Notes: generated by a model not told the origin, from the letters alone. Shown: positions 6,775 through 16,148, counted from the first letter of the stretch. The stretch is 17,631 nt of DNA from Oculatellaceae cyanobacterium bins.114 (GCA_033764315.1 JANRJA010000027.1:1-17631); one strand, 5' to 3'. A program made the numbers and translations.

Positions 6775-8076
6775 ATGCTCGACCTGACCAAACTCGCCCG
6801 CCAAATGCAAGGCATTAGCCAGCACCTGAGTCAAGAAGCGATCGCCACTCGCAACCGATTAGCTCTGGCAGAGCAGTTATTGCAACAAGCTAGCGATCGT
6901 CAAGCAGAGTTGGTGACGCTGCAACAAACCTGGCGCGATCGCCTAGGGTTTGCCGCCGCAGAGCCAATGGAGCCGTTGGATACTCGTGTGGATCTTTCCG
7001 CTGCACCCAACGTACACACAGTATTGGCAACCGATGGGTCGCAAATTGCCCCCAGTCACCACGAAATTGCCTACTGCTATTTGATTAACGTTGGGCGCAT
7101 CGCATTGCACTACGGACAAAACCGCCATCCCTTGTTGGATAGCTTGCCAGAGGTGTTTTACCGTCCTGAAGATCTCTATCGATCGCGGCAGTGGGGCATT
7201 CGCACTGAGGAGTGGATGGGCTATTGCCGCACGGTGTCTGAAACAACTGCATTGGCAGAGTTAGCAATACAACGGGGGAATGGCAGGGACACAATCAACC
7301 ACAATGGTGGGGACACAATTAATCAGGATGGTGGGGACGCGATTAATCAGGATGGTGGGGACGCGATTAATCGCGTCCCCCCATTATGGGAACAACCAAC
7401 ATTGTGGGAACAACCGACATTGGCAATGGTGGATGGGTCGCTGATTCACTGGTTTTTGGAACCCTTGCCTGCGGATGCACGCGATCGCATCCTTCCTCCA
7501 ATCTTGACCGCCTGGGAACAGTTGCGGCAGGCTCGAATTCCCCTGGTGGGTTATCTCAGTGCGGCACGTAGTGGGGAAGCCTTGAACTTTTTGCGCCTCC
7601 AAACCTGTCCTTATGAGGTTCCTGACTGTCAGAGCCACTGCCCTGGTCAAACGGAACAAGCTCCTTGCCAAGTGTTTGCGCCATTGCGTGACACGGCTCT
7701 GTGGTCAATGGTGCTGCAACCGGGACAAAGAGGCCCGTTGTGGCGCAGTTCCGCCAAAATTTTGGAGTGGTATGACAACCAAACCATCTATTTTTGCTAT
7801 GTAAATGTGGGGGCTGAGATTGCTCGTGTGGAGTTTCCGGCATGGGTCGCTGAGGATGCTGTTTTACTCGAAACGGCTCTGAGTCTGACTCTGACTCAAG
7901 TACAAAAGGGTTACGGCTATCCAGTTGCTTTGGCGGAGGCCCATAACCAGGCCGTGGTGCGAGGGGGCGATCGCGCTCGGTTCTTTGCCTTGTTAGAGCG
8001 AGAAATGATCCGGGCTGGGCTGCAAAATATTGGGACATCTTATAAAGAAGCCCGCAAACGAGGCAGCATTGCGTAG
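6775..8076 (+). CDS. nurA: DNA double-strand break repair nuclease NurA (cyanobacterial type) with an in-frame repeat insertion
   Basis: Starts MLDLTKLARQM; motifs LATDGSQI.PSHHE, AMVDGSLI, ARVEFP.W, KGYGYPVALAEAHNQAVV. ATG at 6775 is preferred to 6709. Confidence 0.88.
   Translation: MLDLTKLARQMQGISQHLSQEAIATRNRLALAEQLLQQASDRQAELVTLQQTWRDRLGFAAAEPMEPLDTRVDLSAAPNVHTVLATDGSQIAPSHHEIAYCYLINVGRIALHYGQNRHPLLDSLPEVFYRPEDLYRSRQWGIRTEEWMGYCRTVSETTALAELAIQRGNGRDTINHNGGDTINQDGGDAINQDGGDAINRVPPLWEQPTLWEQPTLAMVDGSLIHWFLEPLPADARDRILPPILTAWEQLRQARIPLVGYLSAARSGEALNFLRLQTCPYEVPDCQSHCPGQTEQAPCQVFAPLRDTALWSMVLQPGQRGPLWRSSAKILEWYDNQTIYFCYVNVGAEIARVEFPAWVAEDAVLLETALSLTLTQVQKGYGYPVALAEAHNQAVVRGGDRARFFALLEREMIRAGLQNIGTSYKEARKRGSIA
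7280..7384 (+). repeat. Four 24-bp tandem units ending in a perfect 24-bp palindrome, inside nurA
   Basis: Units start at 7280, 7304, 7328 and 7352 (consensus atggtggggacgcgattaatcagg). The palindrome ggggacgcgattaatcgcgtcccc is at 7357-7380. Confidence 0.95.
7382..7422 (+). repeat. 18-bp in-frame tandem duplication (LWEQPT x2)
   Basis: cattatgggaacaaccaa / cattgtgggaacaaccga / cattg. Confidence 0.9.
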
Positions 8077-8260
8077 GGAAAGAAGAGCGAAAAAGAAAAA
8101 GCAGGGTGCTCTAATGGAGGTTTAGCATCGAGAGTTTATGAACTTCTGCAAACCCCGTCAGCCCCCGCACTGACATATGAAGCCAGGGAGATGTTAAAAC
8201 TGGCTTAGCTCAAAATCTCAATGAGTTCTGATTCACCTCATTTCTATCCCAAGGCTGCTC

Positions 8261-11200
8261 ATGCGATCGCCCTCCTATCCACATCGGTTTACCGCTACCG
8301 TCCTCCTATCTCTTGCTCTAGTCCCAGTTTTTTCCGCTGCATCATGGGGTTATGAGGCGTGGGGGTATGAGACACAGGGGCAATTACAGGGGCGATCGCG
8401 CTCTTCCTCAACGTCTCAAGAACATTCGGCTTTCCTTCCGCCATTGAAAGGGGGCAGAGAAAATCAGACCTTCACGTTAGACCACGTCATTCCGCTCAAT
8501 ACGGCTCAGAGCAAAGACAGAGGAAACCTGGCGCAAGCTAACCCAGAAATTTTATTCACAACTGACGGTGTGTTAGAAGAGGGTGACCCCACTTTAGATG
8601 ACGGTAGTGTGTATGATTCCTACCGATTTGACGGAGAAGCGGGTGAAGTTCTCACCATTCATCTCAGCAGCACCGAATTTGACACTTACCTACTCGTGAT
8701 TGATGCAACGGGTAAAGTTCTGGCTGAAAATGATGATGCGATCTCTGATAGCACCAACTCTCAGTTAACCGTAACTCTGCCTGCGGATGCGGGCTATGCC
8801 ATTATTGCCAATGCTTTTAACGCCGAGGGGCGGGGGCGGTATACCCTGGTGGTTACGGCAGGTGAAGGGACGCTAAGTCCGGCGGTGACTCGGCAGGCAG
8901 AGGGCGATCGCTTATTGGCTCAAGGGCAAAACTACTACCAAACTGGACGCTTGCAAGAAGCACTGCCACCCTTGCAACAAGCCTTACTGATCTTTCAAGA
9001 ACTGGGAAATCGTGTCAGTGAAGGCACTGCTCTCAACACCATCGGTTTGGTTCAGCGTGGGTTAGGTCAGCACAGTCAATCACTGGAAGCCTATCAACAA
9101 GGACTCGCTATTTTTCAAGTGTTGCGTCAGACCGACGACAGTCAACGCCTACGCAACGGAGAGGGGGCAGCGTTGATTGGCTTAGGGGCGGGTAATCGGG
9201 CATTGGGGCAATATGCAGAAGCATTGGACTACTATCAGCAAGCCCTGGCAATTTACCGACTGCCCACCCAAACTCCCCAGGAGCAACGCGCTCAACGCTA
9301 TGGCGAGGGCATTTTGCTCGACAATATCGGCGTGGTTTATATCAATATGGGGCAGTTTTTGCGGGCGTTAGAGCAGCATCAACAAGCCCGGGCTATTTTT
9401 CAAGAAATCGGCAATCGCCCTGCGGAAAGCATTGCTCTCAACAACATTGCCGCTGCGTATGAATCGTTGGGGCGATATCCCCAGGCACTCGACCACTATC
9501 AGCAGTCTCTAGTGATCACTCAAGCCGAAAACGATCCGATTGGACAGGGCATTATTCTCGATAACATCGGTTTGGTCTATTCTCGCTTGGGGCAATATCG
9601 AGAATCGTTAACCTATCGCCTGCAAGCCCTTGAGCTGTTTCGACAGGCAGGCGATCGCGGTCAAGAGGCGATCGCACTCAACAATCTAGGGGTAATTTAC
9701 GACGAGTTAGAAGAAGACGACCAGGCATTGCAGTCGTTTCAACAAGCCCTGGCCGTATCCGTTGAGATTGGCGATCGCGCGGGTCAATCGGTGACGCTGA
9801 GTAATTTGGGGTTGTATTACGCCGATCAGGGAGACTACACCAAAGCCTTGGACGTTTATCAACAATCGGTGGCGATCGCCCGCGAAATAGGCAATTTAGC
9901 GAATGAAGGAATTGCTCTAAATAACATTGGCTTGGCATATACCTACTTGGAGCAGCCAACAGAGGCATTGGAATATTTGCAACAGGCGTTGGCGATCGCT
10001 AGAGAAACAGATGACCCGCGTTCAGAAGCGCAAACCCTGGCTAATCTCGGCTATCTCATGAGTGAACCACAACCCGAACTGGCGATCGTCTTTTACAAGC
10101 AATCTATTAACATCACTGAGACGATTCGAGAGCAGTTGCGTGTCTTATCCCAAGAGCAACAAGCTTCGTTTACTGACACGGTGGCAGATACCTATCGCCG
10201 CTTGGCAGATTTGCTGTTGCGACAAGATCGGGTGCTAGAGGCACAACAGGTGTTAGATCTACTCAAACTTCAGGAACTGGAAGACTATCTGCACGACGTT
10301 CGGGGCAACCAGCAGGGAACGGTTGGTCTGGAATATTGGCAGGCTGAGCAAGCCTTGACAGAGTTGCATACGCAGACTCTGGCTCCGGTGCAAGAATATT
10401 TTCGGTTGCAAGCGATTCTCCCGGCAGAGCGCACCCCTGAGCAACAAGCGCGACTCGCCGAACTTGGAGCAACGCTAGCCGTGCAGCGCAGTTTTAACCA
10501 ATTCATCAACACGCCAACGGTTACCAATCAGATTGAACAATTGCAACGGGTCGCCAAGGGGCAAAACCTCAATCCTGACCAGCTCTATCGCTTGCAAGAC
10601 AACTTGCGATCGCTCGAACAAAACACTGTATTGCTCTATCCCTTGATTTTGGAGGATCGCCTGGAGTTAGTGCTCATTACTCCCAATGCTCCTCCGATTC
10701 GGCGGAGTGTGACCGTTAGCCGTGAGCAACTCAACGCCGCAATTACTGACTTTCGGGCTGCCATCACAAACCGCACTCGTAGCTCAACCGCTCAGGCACA
10801 GCAACTCTATCAATGGCTGATTCAGCCCATTGAAGCGGATCTGCAACAGGCACAGGCAGAGACGATTCTCTATGCGGCGGATGGTGCCCTGCGTTACATT
10901 CCCCTGGCGGCTCTCTATGACGGTGACGAGTGGCTCATTCAACGATTTACCATTAACCACATCACAGCCGCTTCCCTGACCGATTTTTCCTCGAGTAGGC
11001 AACCCAACCCTGACTCTATGCGAGTCCTGGCGGCAGCTTTTAGTGATGCTGAACGGCAATACACCTTTCAAGTCGGCGATCAAAACTTTAGTTTTAACGG
11101 CTTACCCTACGCCGGAACAGAGGTAGAAAATATTGCGGCGGCTGTTCCAGGCACGACTGAACTGTTTAATGACTCCTTTAATCGCCGCACCATCGAACCC

Positions 11201-11674
11201 CAACTCAACAACTACACTATTGTTCACTTGGCAACCCATGCTGAGTTTGTCCCTGGTTTACCCGAAGAATCGTTCATTTTGTTTGGCAATGGCGATCGCG
11301 TTACCCTGCGCGACATCTCAGACTGGGCACTGCAAAACGTTGATTTGGTCGTGTTAAGTGCTTGCAAAACAGCGGTTGGTGGGCAATTGGGCAATGGAGA
11401 AGAAATTCTTGGGTTTGGCTATCAAATGCAACGCACCGGAGCACGAGCAGCGATCGCCTCTCTCTGGGCGGTGGATGATGGGGGCACACAAGTCTTGATG
11501 AATCGCTTCTATGCGGGGTTAGAGCAAGGGTTGACTAATGCTGAGGCGTTACGACAGGCACAAATTGCTTTAATCACAGGCGATGTTCCTGCCACGTCTC
11601 CTGATCAAGCACGGGTGCCGCTCAATCGCCCTTACTACTGGGCACCCTTTATTCTGATTGGCAATGGCTTATAA
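8261..11674 (+). CDS. CHAT-domain protease with likely signal peptide, PPC-like domain and TPR array
   Basis: Hydrophobic N-terminus (TATVLLSLALVPVFSAA); PPC-like segment (YDSYRF.G.AGE..TI.LSS.EFDTYL...G..LAENDD); long-type TPRs (LNNIG..Y..LG.Y..AL..YQQAL); CHAT motifs DGALRYIPLAAL, IVHLATHA, LVVLSACKT, ASLWAVDD, PYYWAPFILIGN. Confidence 0.93.
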   Translation: MRSPSYPHRFTATVLLSLALVPVFSAASWGYEAWGYETQGQLQGRSRSSSTSQEHSAFLPPLKGGRENQTFTLDHVIPLNTAQSKDRGNLAQANPEILFTTDGVLEEGDPTLDDGSVYDSYRFDGEAGEVLTIHLSSTEFDTYLLVIDATGKVLAENDDAISDSTNSQLTVTLPADAGYAIIANAFNAEGRGRYTLVVTAGEGTLSPAVTRQAEGDRLLAQGQNYYQTGRLQEALPPLQQALLIFQELGNRVSEGTALNTIGLVQRGLGQHSQSLEAYQQGLAIFQVLRQTDDSQRLRNGEGAALIGLGAGNRALGQYAEALDYYQQALAIYRLPTQTPQEQRAQRYGEGILLDNIGVVYINMGQFLRALEQHQQARAIFQEIGNRPAESIALNNIAAAYESLGRYPQALDHYQQSLVITQAENDPIGQGIILDNIGLVYSRLGQYRESLTYRLQALELFRQAGDRGQEAIALNNLGVIYDELEEDDQALQSFQQALAVSVEIGDRAGQSVTLSNLGLYYADQGDYTKALDVYQQSVAIAREIGNLANEGIALNNIGLAYTYLEQPTEALEYLQQALAIARETDDPRSEAQTLANLGYLMSEPQPELAIVFYKQSINITETIREQLRVLSQEQQASFTDTVADTYRRLADLLLRQDRVLEAQQVLDLLKLQELEDYLHDVRGNQQGTVGLEYWQAEQALTELHTQTLAPVQEYFRLQAILPAERTPEQQARLAELGATLAVQRSFNQFINTPTVTNQIEQLQRVAKGQNLNPDQLYRLQDNLRSLEQNTVLLYPLILEDRLELVLITPNAPPIRRSVTVSREQLNAAITDFRAAITNRTRSSTAQAQQLYQWLIQPIEADLQQAQAETILYAADGALRYIPLAALYDGDEWLIQRFTINHITAASLTDFSSSRQPNPDSMRVLAAAFSDAERQYTFQVGDQNFSFNGLPYAGTEVENIAAAVPGTTELFNDSFNRRTIEPQLNNYTIVHLATHAEFVPGLPEESFILFGNGDRVTLRDISDWALQNVDLVVLSACKTAVGGQLGNGEEILGFGYQMQRTGARAAIASLWAVDDGGTQVLMNRFYAGLEQGLTNAEALRQAQIALITGDVPATSPDQARVPLNRPYYWAPFILIGNGL

Positions 11675-11683
11675 GGTGCTGTC

Positions 11684-11744
11684 GATCTCCAGCTTCTACG
11701 GTTGTGGCAAGGTTGCTGCTAACGCTTAAAAGAAGCCAGGGATC
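11684..11744. repeat. Degenerate inverted repeat of the GATCCCCGACTTCT...AGAAGTCGGGGATC type downstream of the CHAT gene
   Basis: gatctccagcttct-N33-agaagccagggatc; a related half-site agaagtcgcagatctg is at 3413-3428. Confidence 0.5.
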
Positions 11745-11851
11745 TGTGCTGAGTATTGAAAATTACGATCGAATTTTCGGTAGAAGGGATTGTGCTCTTA
11801 CAATAAAGAATTATGACCCCATTAAAACGGCTTAATCAGGAGTATAAGGGC

Positions 11852-12940
11852 GTGCCAAAGTCCGTAAAGCATCTGTTGATCGGCTCACCAGAAGCCTATA
11901 GTGGTAAATCAGCCATCATCTTGGGAATTGCCCATCGGCTTCAACAACAAGGATTGAGCATCGCCTACGGTAAACCTTTGGGAACCTGTTTGAGTGAGTC
12001 AGCGTGTGATGTAGTGGATGAGGATGTGCGCTTCATTGCAGAGACCCTGAAGCTTTCAAATAACTATCTCCGCCCCACATTATTATCGCTCGACGCAGCC
12101 ACCATTCAGCAACGCCTCTCTGGAGAAGATCAGACCGATTATCAAACCAAGCTGCAAGACTATACTCAGTTGCTAGAAGGGGATCTGGTCTTACTCGAAG
12201 GCCCTGGCACCTTAAGCGAAGGCAAGCTTTTTGATTTGTCATTGCTGCAAGTCGCTCAAGTCATCGATGCCGCCGTAGTGCTCGTCACTCGATTTCAGTC
12301 GGGGTTGGTGGTGGATGCCTTATTAACCGCCAAGCAATTATTGGGCGATCGCCTGAGTGGGGTGTTGATTAACGATGTGCCTGCCGATCAGCTTGAGTTA
12401 GCCAATCATCACATCAAAGCTTTTCTAGAAAAACACGACATTCCAGTCTTGGGCATTTTGCCTCGCAACGACCTGCTGCGGAGTGTTAGCGTCCGAGAAC
12501 TGGTGTATCAACTCAATGCCGAGGTGCTGTGCCGTGCCGATCGCCTCGATCTGATGGTCGAAAGCCTCAAAATCGGTGCCATGAATGTCAATGCGGCTTT
12601 GAAATATTTCCGCAAGTCTTTCAACATGGCAGTTGTCACCGGGGGCGATCGCACCGATATTCAAATTGCTGCCCTTGAAACCTCTACCCATTGCCTCATC
12701 CTCACCGGACAAATTCCCCCACTGCCCACCGTAGTCAACCGGGCTGAAGAATTGGAGATCCCTATCCTTTCTGTCGATCTAGATACCCTGACTACTGTTG
12801 AGATTATCGATCGCACCTTTGGTCGAGTCCGTCTGCACGAACCTGTTAAGGTGCAATGCATTCAACAGCTCATGGAAAAGCACTTTGATGTCAACCGCCT
12901 GTTGGGTCAATTGGGTTTAGAAGCCCCCGTCAAAGCCTAA
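11852..12940 (+). CDS. Phosphotransacetylase-family protein (BioD-like N-terminal plus DRTGG domains, no catalytic PTA domain)
   Basis: P-loop-like [43 protein letters not shown] at 11852 is preceded by AGGAG. Confidence 0.88.
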   Translation: MPKSVKHLLIGSPEAYSGKSAIILGIAHRLQQQGLSIAYGKPLGTCLSESACDVVDEDVRFIAETLKLSNNYLRPTLLSLDAATIQQRLSGEDQTDYQTKLQDYTQLLEGDLVLLEGPGTLSEGKLFDLSLLQVAQVIDAAVVLVTRFQSGLVVDALLTAKQLLGDRLSGVLINDVPADQLELANHHIKAFLEKHDIPVLGILPRNDLLRSVSVRELVYQLNAEVLCRADRLDLMVESLKIGAMNVNAALKYFRKSFNMAVVTGGDRTDIQIAALETSTHCLILTGQIPPLPTVVNRAEELEIPILSVDLDTLTTVEIIDRTFGRVRLHEPVKVQCIQQLMEKHFDVNRLLGQLGLEAPVKA

Positions 12941-12975
12941 TAACACCGCTCCAATCCTCTATTGCGGGGTTTCCT

Positions 12976-13383
12976 ATGACTGCTGTAACCGTTAATCTAT
13001 CTCCACTCTTTGAGTTGACAGATGGGTTCAAACTTCCCAATGGTGCAGATCGATCTCCAGATGCCGCTTGGGTTAGGCAAAACCGATGGGATGCTTTAAC
13101 TCTCGAACAACGGCGCAAGTTTCCGCCGATCGCCCCAGACTTTGTGATTGAGTTGCGCTCTGAAACAGACGATCTGGAGATGTTACGCGCCAAGATGTGC
13201 GAATACAGGGATAACGGTGTGTTGTTGGGCTGGCTGATTAACCCACAAGACCAACAGGTCGAAATCTATCGCTAAGGGCAACCTGTTGAAATGGTAGCTG
13301 CCCCAGAAAGCCTCTCTGCTGAAAGCCTGTTACCTGGATTTAGCCTTGAGCTAAGTCGCATCTTTGATGTAGTTGGTAGCTGA
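12976..13383 (+). pseudogene. Uma2 family pseudogene (internal deletion plus nonsense codon)
   Basis: The N-terminus ..FELTD joins directly to GFKLPNGADRSPDAAWV, so the usual intervening segment is missing. After TAA at 13273-13275 the Uma2-like tail GQPVE...SLSAESLLPGFSLELSRIF continues in frame to TGA at 13381-13383. Confidence 0.88.
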
Positions 13384-13474
13384 CAAAGGTAACTTGATAC
13401 CGATCGCCTCCTATCTCAATTAGGGTCAAAAGCTTCTGTCAAAGCCTAGTTTTATAAAATCGTGGAACGGGAAA

Positions 13475-13500
13475 ACTCAGTTCATCAGTTAAAACTGAGT
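13475..13500. promoter_or_regulatory. 8-10-8 inverted repeat, possible operator
   Basis: actcagtt-catcagttaa-aactgagt, 19 nt upstream of the ATG at 13520. Confidence 0.35.
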
Positions 13501-13519
13501 AATATTTGCCTATCTACAT

Positions 13520-13888
13520 ATGCTTGTCCACATCCGAGTCTCTACTCAAGGTTTCCTTGCCCTTAAGCTTTGGGTTTCTGGTATTTGGTTAATGACTTGG
13601 AACATCTGGTTTCTTGTCTTAAAGCATGTCGGTTTACCTGGAAGTAAAGTCCAGGGAGAACTCATGCTAAGTGGAATGTTTCTATCATCCAGCTTTCTAG
13701 CTTTTTCCATAGTTCTTATTCCCAAATTGCGTCGTTCTCTGATTAGCAAAAAACGTGCTCATTTATATCAGCATTCTACTTTTGTGTTCTTGGGTCTACT
13801 CACTTTCTTGATGGGACTTGCCGTTCTCGTGCGTGCTTTTCTGATGTTTACGGGACGTTTACCAATTCCTGAGTCAATCATCAGATGA
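13520..13888 (+). CDS. Hypothetical membrane protein (about 3 TM helices)
   Basis: Three hydrophobic segments with a basic loop (PKLRRSLISKKR); stop overlaps the next start (ATGA). The start position is uncertain. Confidence 0.55.
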   Translation: MLVHIRVSTQGFLALKLWVSGIWLMTWNIWFLVLKHVGLPGSKVQGELMLSGMFLSSSFLAFSIVLIPKLRRSLISKKRAHLYQHSTFVFLGLLTFLMGLAVLVRAFLMFTGRLPIPESIIR

Positions 13889-14688
13889 CGAAGAGTATTC
13901 CCATTGATCAGAAGCTGGGTTGTGACAAGCATGGGGTAGACAACGCCATTCTCATCAAAGCCTCTGTTGCAGAGGTTAGTTGGGTTATTCAGGAGTATTT
14001 TGGGCTTGAGGTAAGGTCTTGCTGCCAACTGGCTGAATATATTGCATCCTGGAAAGCTTCGTGGGAAGAGATTGAGCGACAACGACAAGTTAGGAAATCA
14101 AGACCTGAGAAATCATGTCCTCCGATTGTGTGGGCTACCCCCTTCTGGCAGTATCTCAATCATCAATGGGTTTTTCTTCCGCTTTCAGGAACGCAAGATG
14201 CGATCGCCTTTGCCTTTGCTTCCCTGCTTAATACTGATGTGATTACGTTTCACGATTCAGATAACGTTTCTCTCACTGAATTTAAGGTCTTCCGCAGCGA
14301 TCGCCTAATTGAGCACTACTTGTATGGAGATGAAAGTGGCAAGCCCATAGACCACTACTGGGATATCAGTACAAGTTTTGAGTATTTTGGCGATCGCCCT
14401 GATCCGCACTACTTCAAGAGCGCAGTCAGACAAGTAACGGAATCTGAAATTCGAGAGGCACTTGCAGCCCGAAAGCAAGACAACCGGGGTGATAGGGGTT
14501 TTGTGGATGCCTGTCTCAAGTACTACGGTGCTTACATTCCGTTGCTTGAGGAAACGCCCTATCACTACTACGGTAACTGGAACACTAACTATCAGGACTG
14601 GGATGCGATCGTGGAGCGCATGGATATGATGCTCGTTCCGTCGAATTGGAAGTACGCCGATCGAATAGTGCCTAACCAAGTTAGGTAG
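13885..14688 (+). CDS. Hypothetical protein
   Basis: 267-aa ORF, Trp/Tyr-rich with globular composition and three HIP1 sites; no motif I can name with confidence. Confidence 0.75.
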   Translation: MTKSIPIDQKLGCDKHGVDNAILIKASVAEVSWVIQEYFGLEVRSCCQLAEYIASWKASWEEIERQRQVRKSRPEKSCPPIVWATPFWQYLNHQWVFLPLSGTQDAIAFAFASLLNTDVITFHDSDNVSLTEFKVFRSDRLIEHYLYGDESGKPIDHYWDISTSFEYFGDRPDPHYFKSAVRQVTESEIREALAARKQDNRGDRGFVDACLKYYGAYIPLLEETPYHYYGNWNTNYQDWDAIVERMDMMLVPSNWKYADRIVPNQVR

Positions 14689-14696
14689 CCTCACAA

Positions 14697-14729
14697 AGAA
14701 GTCAGAGTTCTCAAAAAACTCCGACTTCT
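14697..14729. terminator. Hairpin between convergent genes (likely terminator, possibly REP-derived)
   Basis: agaagtcagagtt-ctcaaaa-aactccgacttct: a 13-bp stem whose one mismatch is a G-U pair on the recA (minus) strand. Confidence 0.6.
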
Positions 14730-14757
14730 ACAACTCAATCCATCCGGCTAGATGCCT

Positions 14758-15837
14758 CTATGCTTCTTCGTCAAACTCCTCATCTTCTTCAAACTCTGAG
14801 TCAACCTGAGTCACTGAGTTTGCCGAGACAACGGCTCCCATCTCTAACTTTTGCCTTACTTTTTGCTCAATCTCTTTAGCAAATTCTGGCTTTTCTTCAA
14901 AATACTTGATGCCATTATCGCGACCCTGGCTAAAGTTTTCGCCGTTATAGCTATACCAGGCTCCCTTCCTGACAATTACCCCCGTTTCTTCTGCCATGTC
15001 AATTAAGCAGCCGAGAGACGAGATGCCTTTGCCAAAGATGACGTCAAATTCAGCAATCCGGAAAGGGGGAGCAACCTTGTTTTTAGCCACCTTGACCTTA
15101 GCTCGAATTCCGTACTCTTCAGTGCCTTTTTTAAGGGTCTGAATCCGCCGAATATCTAACCGGACTGAGGCATAAAACTTGAGCGCATTCCCCCCGGTGG
15201 TGGTTTCAGGGTTGCCATAAGATACCCCAATTTTTTGCCGCAATTGGTTTAAGAAGACCACGCTACAGCCTGTTTTACCAATGTTTCCAGTGATCTTGCG
15301 AAGTGCCTGACTCATGAGTCGTGCCTGTAGACCCACGTGGGTATCGCCCATCTCACCCTCAATTTCAGCACGAGGGACTAGTGCCGCCACTGAGTCTACA
15401 ACCACAATATCGACCGCATTCGATCGCACGAGTTGATCCACAATTTCTAAGGCAGCTTCCCCCGTATCGGGTTGCGACACTAAGAGATTGGCAATGTCTA
15501 CGCCTAATGCCGCAGAGTAGGTTGGGTCAAGCGCGTGTTCAGCGTCAACAAACGCGGCAATTCCCCCTGCTTTTTGGACTTCGGCGATCGCATGCAGTGC
15601 CAGGGTCGTCTTACCGGAACTCTCAGGACCATAGATCTCAATCACTCGTCCCTTGGGAAGCCCTCCTCCCAAGGCTAAATCTAGTGTTAGTGCTCCAGTG
15701 GGAACCGTCTCCACTTTCATGCGAGTCGCATCACCCAAGCGCATAATCGTACCCTTGCCAAAGGTGCGATCGATTTGTGTGAGCACTAAACTTAGGGCTT
15801 TTTCTTTTTCAGAACTTTCACTGCTCGCTTTAGCCAT
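14758..15837 (-). CDS. recA: Recombinase RecA
   Basis: [75 protein letters not shown]; acidic tail. Confidence 0.99.
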   Translation of the reverse strand: MAKASSESSEKEKALSLVLTQIDRTFGKGTIMRLGDATRMKVETVPTGALTLDLALGGGLPKGRVIEIYGPESSGKTTLALHAIAEVQKAGGIAAFVDAEHALDPTYSAALGVDIANLLVSQPDTGEAALEIVDQLVRSNAVDIVVVDSVAALVPRAEIEGEMGDTHVGLQARLMSQALRKITGNIGKTGCSVVFLNQLRQKIGVSYGNPETTTGGNALKFYASVRLDIRRIQTLKKGTEEYGIRAKVKVAKNKVAPPFRIAEFDVIFGKGISSLGCLIDMAEETGVIVRKGAWYSYNGENFSQGRDNGIKYFEEKPEFAKEIEQKVRQKLEMGAVVSANSVTQVDSEFEEDEEFDEEA

Positions 15838-16148
15838 TCGCGCCTCAAAACACTTTATCTAATTGAGTAGATGGACTGATCTCTCAGGAGAAGACCGACC
15901 TATTGAGCCAGAACTAGAGAATATTGGCAACAATACACTACAGCCTAGCTTGAAAATCGTTGAGCAAACACAGTTGACACACGCCTTTCATTTCAAGCCA
16001 ATCACGAAGGCTATCTGCGATTCCAGGTTGAAATCGGCTCCATCAAGATTGTTGTAATGCAATTAAGCTTACTGTCAGATTCTAGAAAGTCTGGTTACTC
16101 TATAAACAGTCGCCTCTTATCCATTGTAATTTTTTTGCGGTCAACCTG

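Noticed and set aside
7280..7384. 24-bp repeats as a CRISPR array
   Set aside because: The units are directly adjacent with no unique spacers, lie in frame within nurA, and no cas genes are present.
8179..11742. 11-bp direct repeat gaagccaggga on both sides of the CHAT gene as a target-site duplication
   Set aside because: An 11-mer match is expected by chance in a window this size; the downstream copy is explained by a palindrome family, and there is no integrase.
14758..15837. Intein or intron in recA
   Set aside because: The ORF has normal length (359 aa) with contiguous motifs.
15863..16057. 64-aa ORF in the recA upstream region
   Set aside because: It has a weak start, no RBS or recognisable motif, and is antisense to the probable recA leader.
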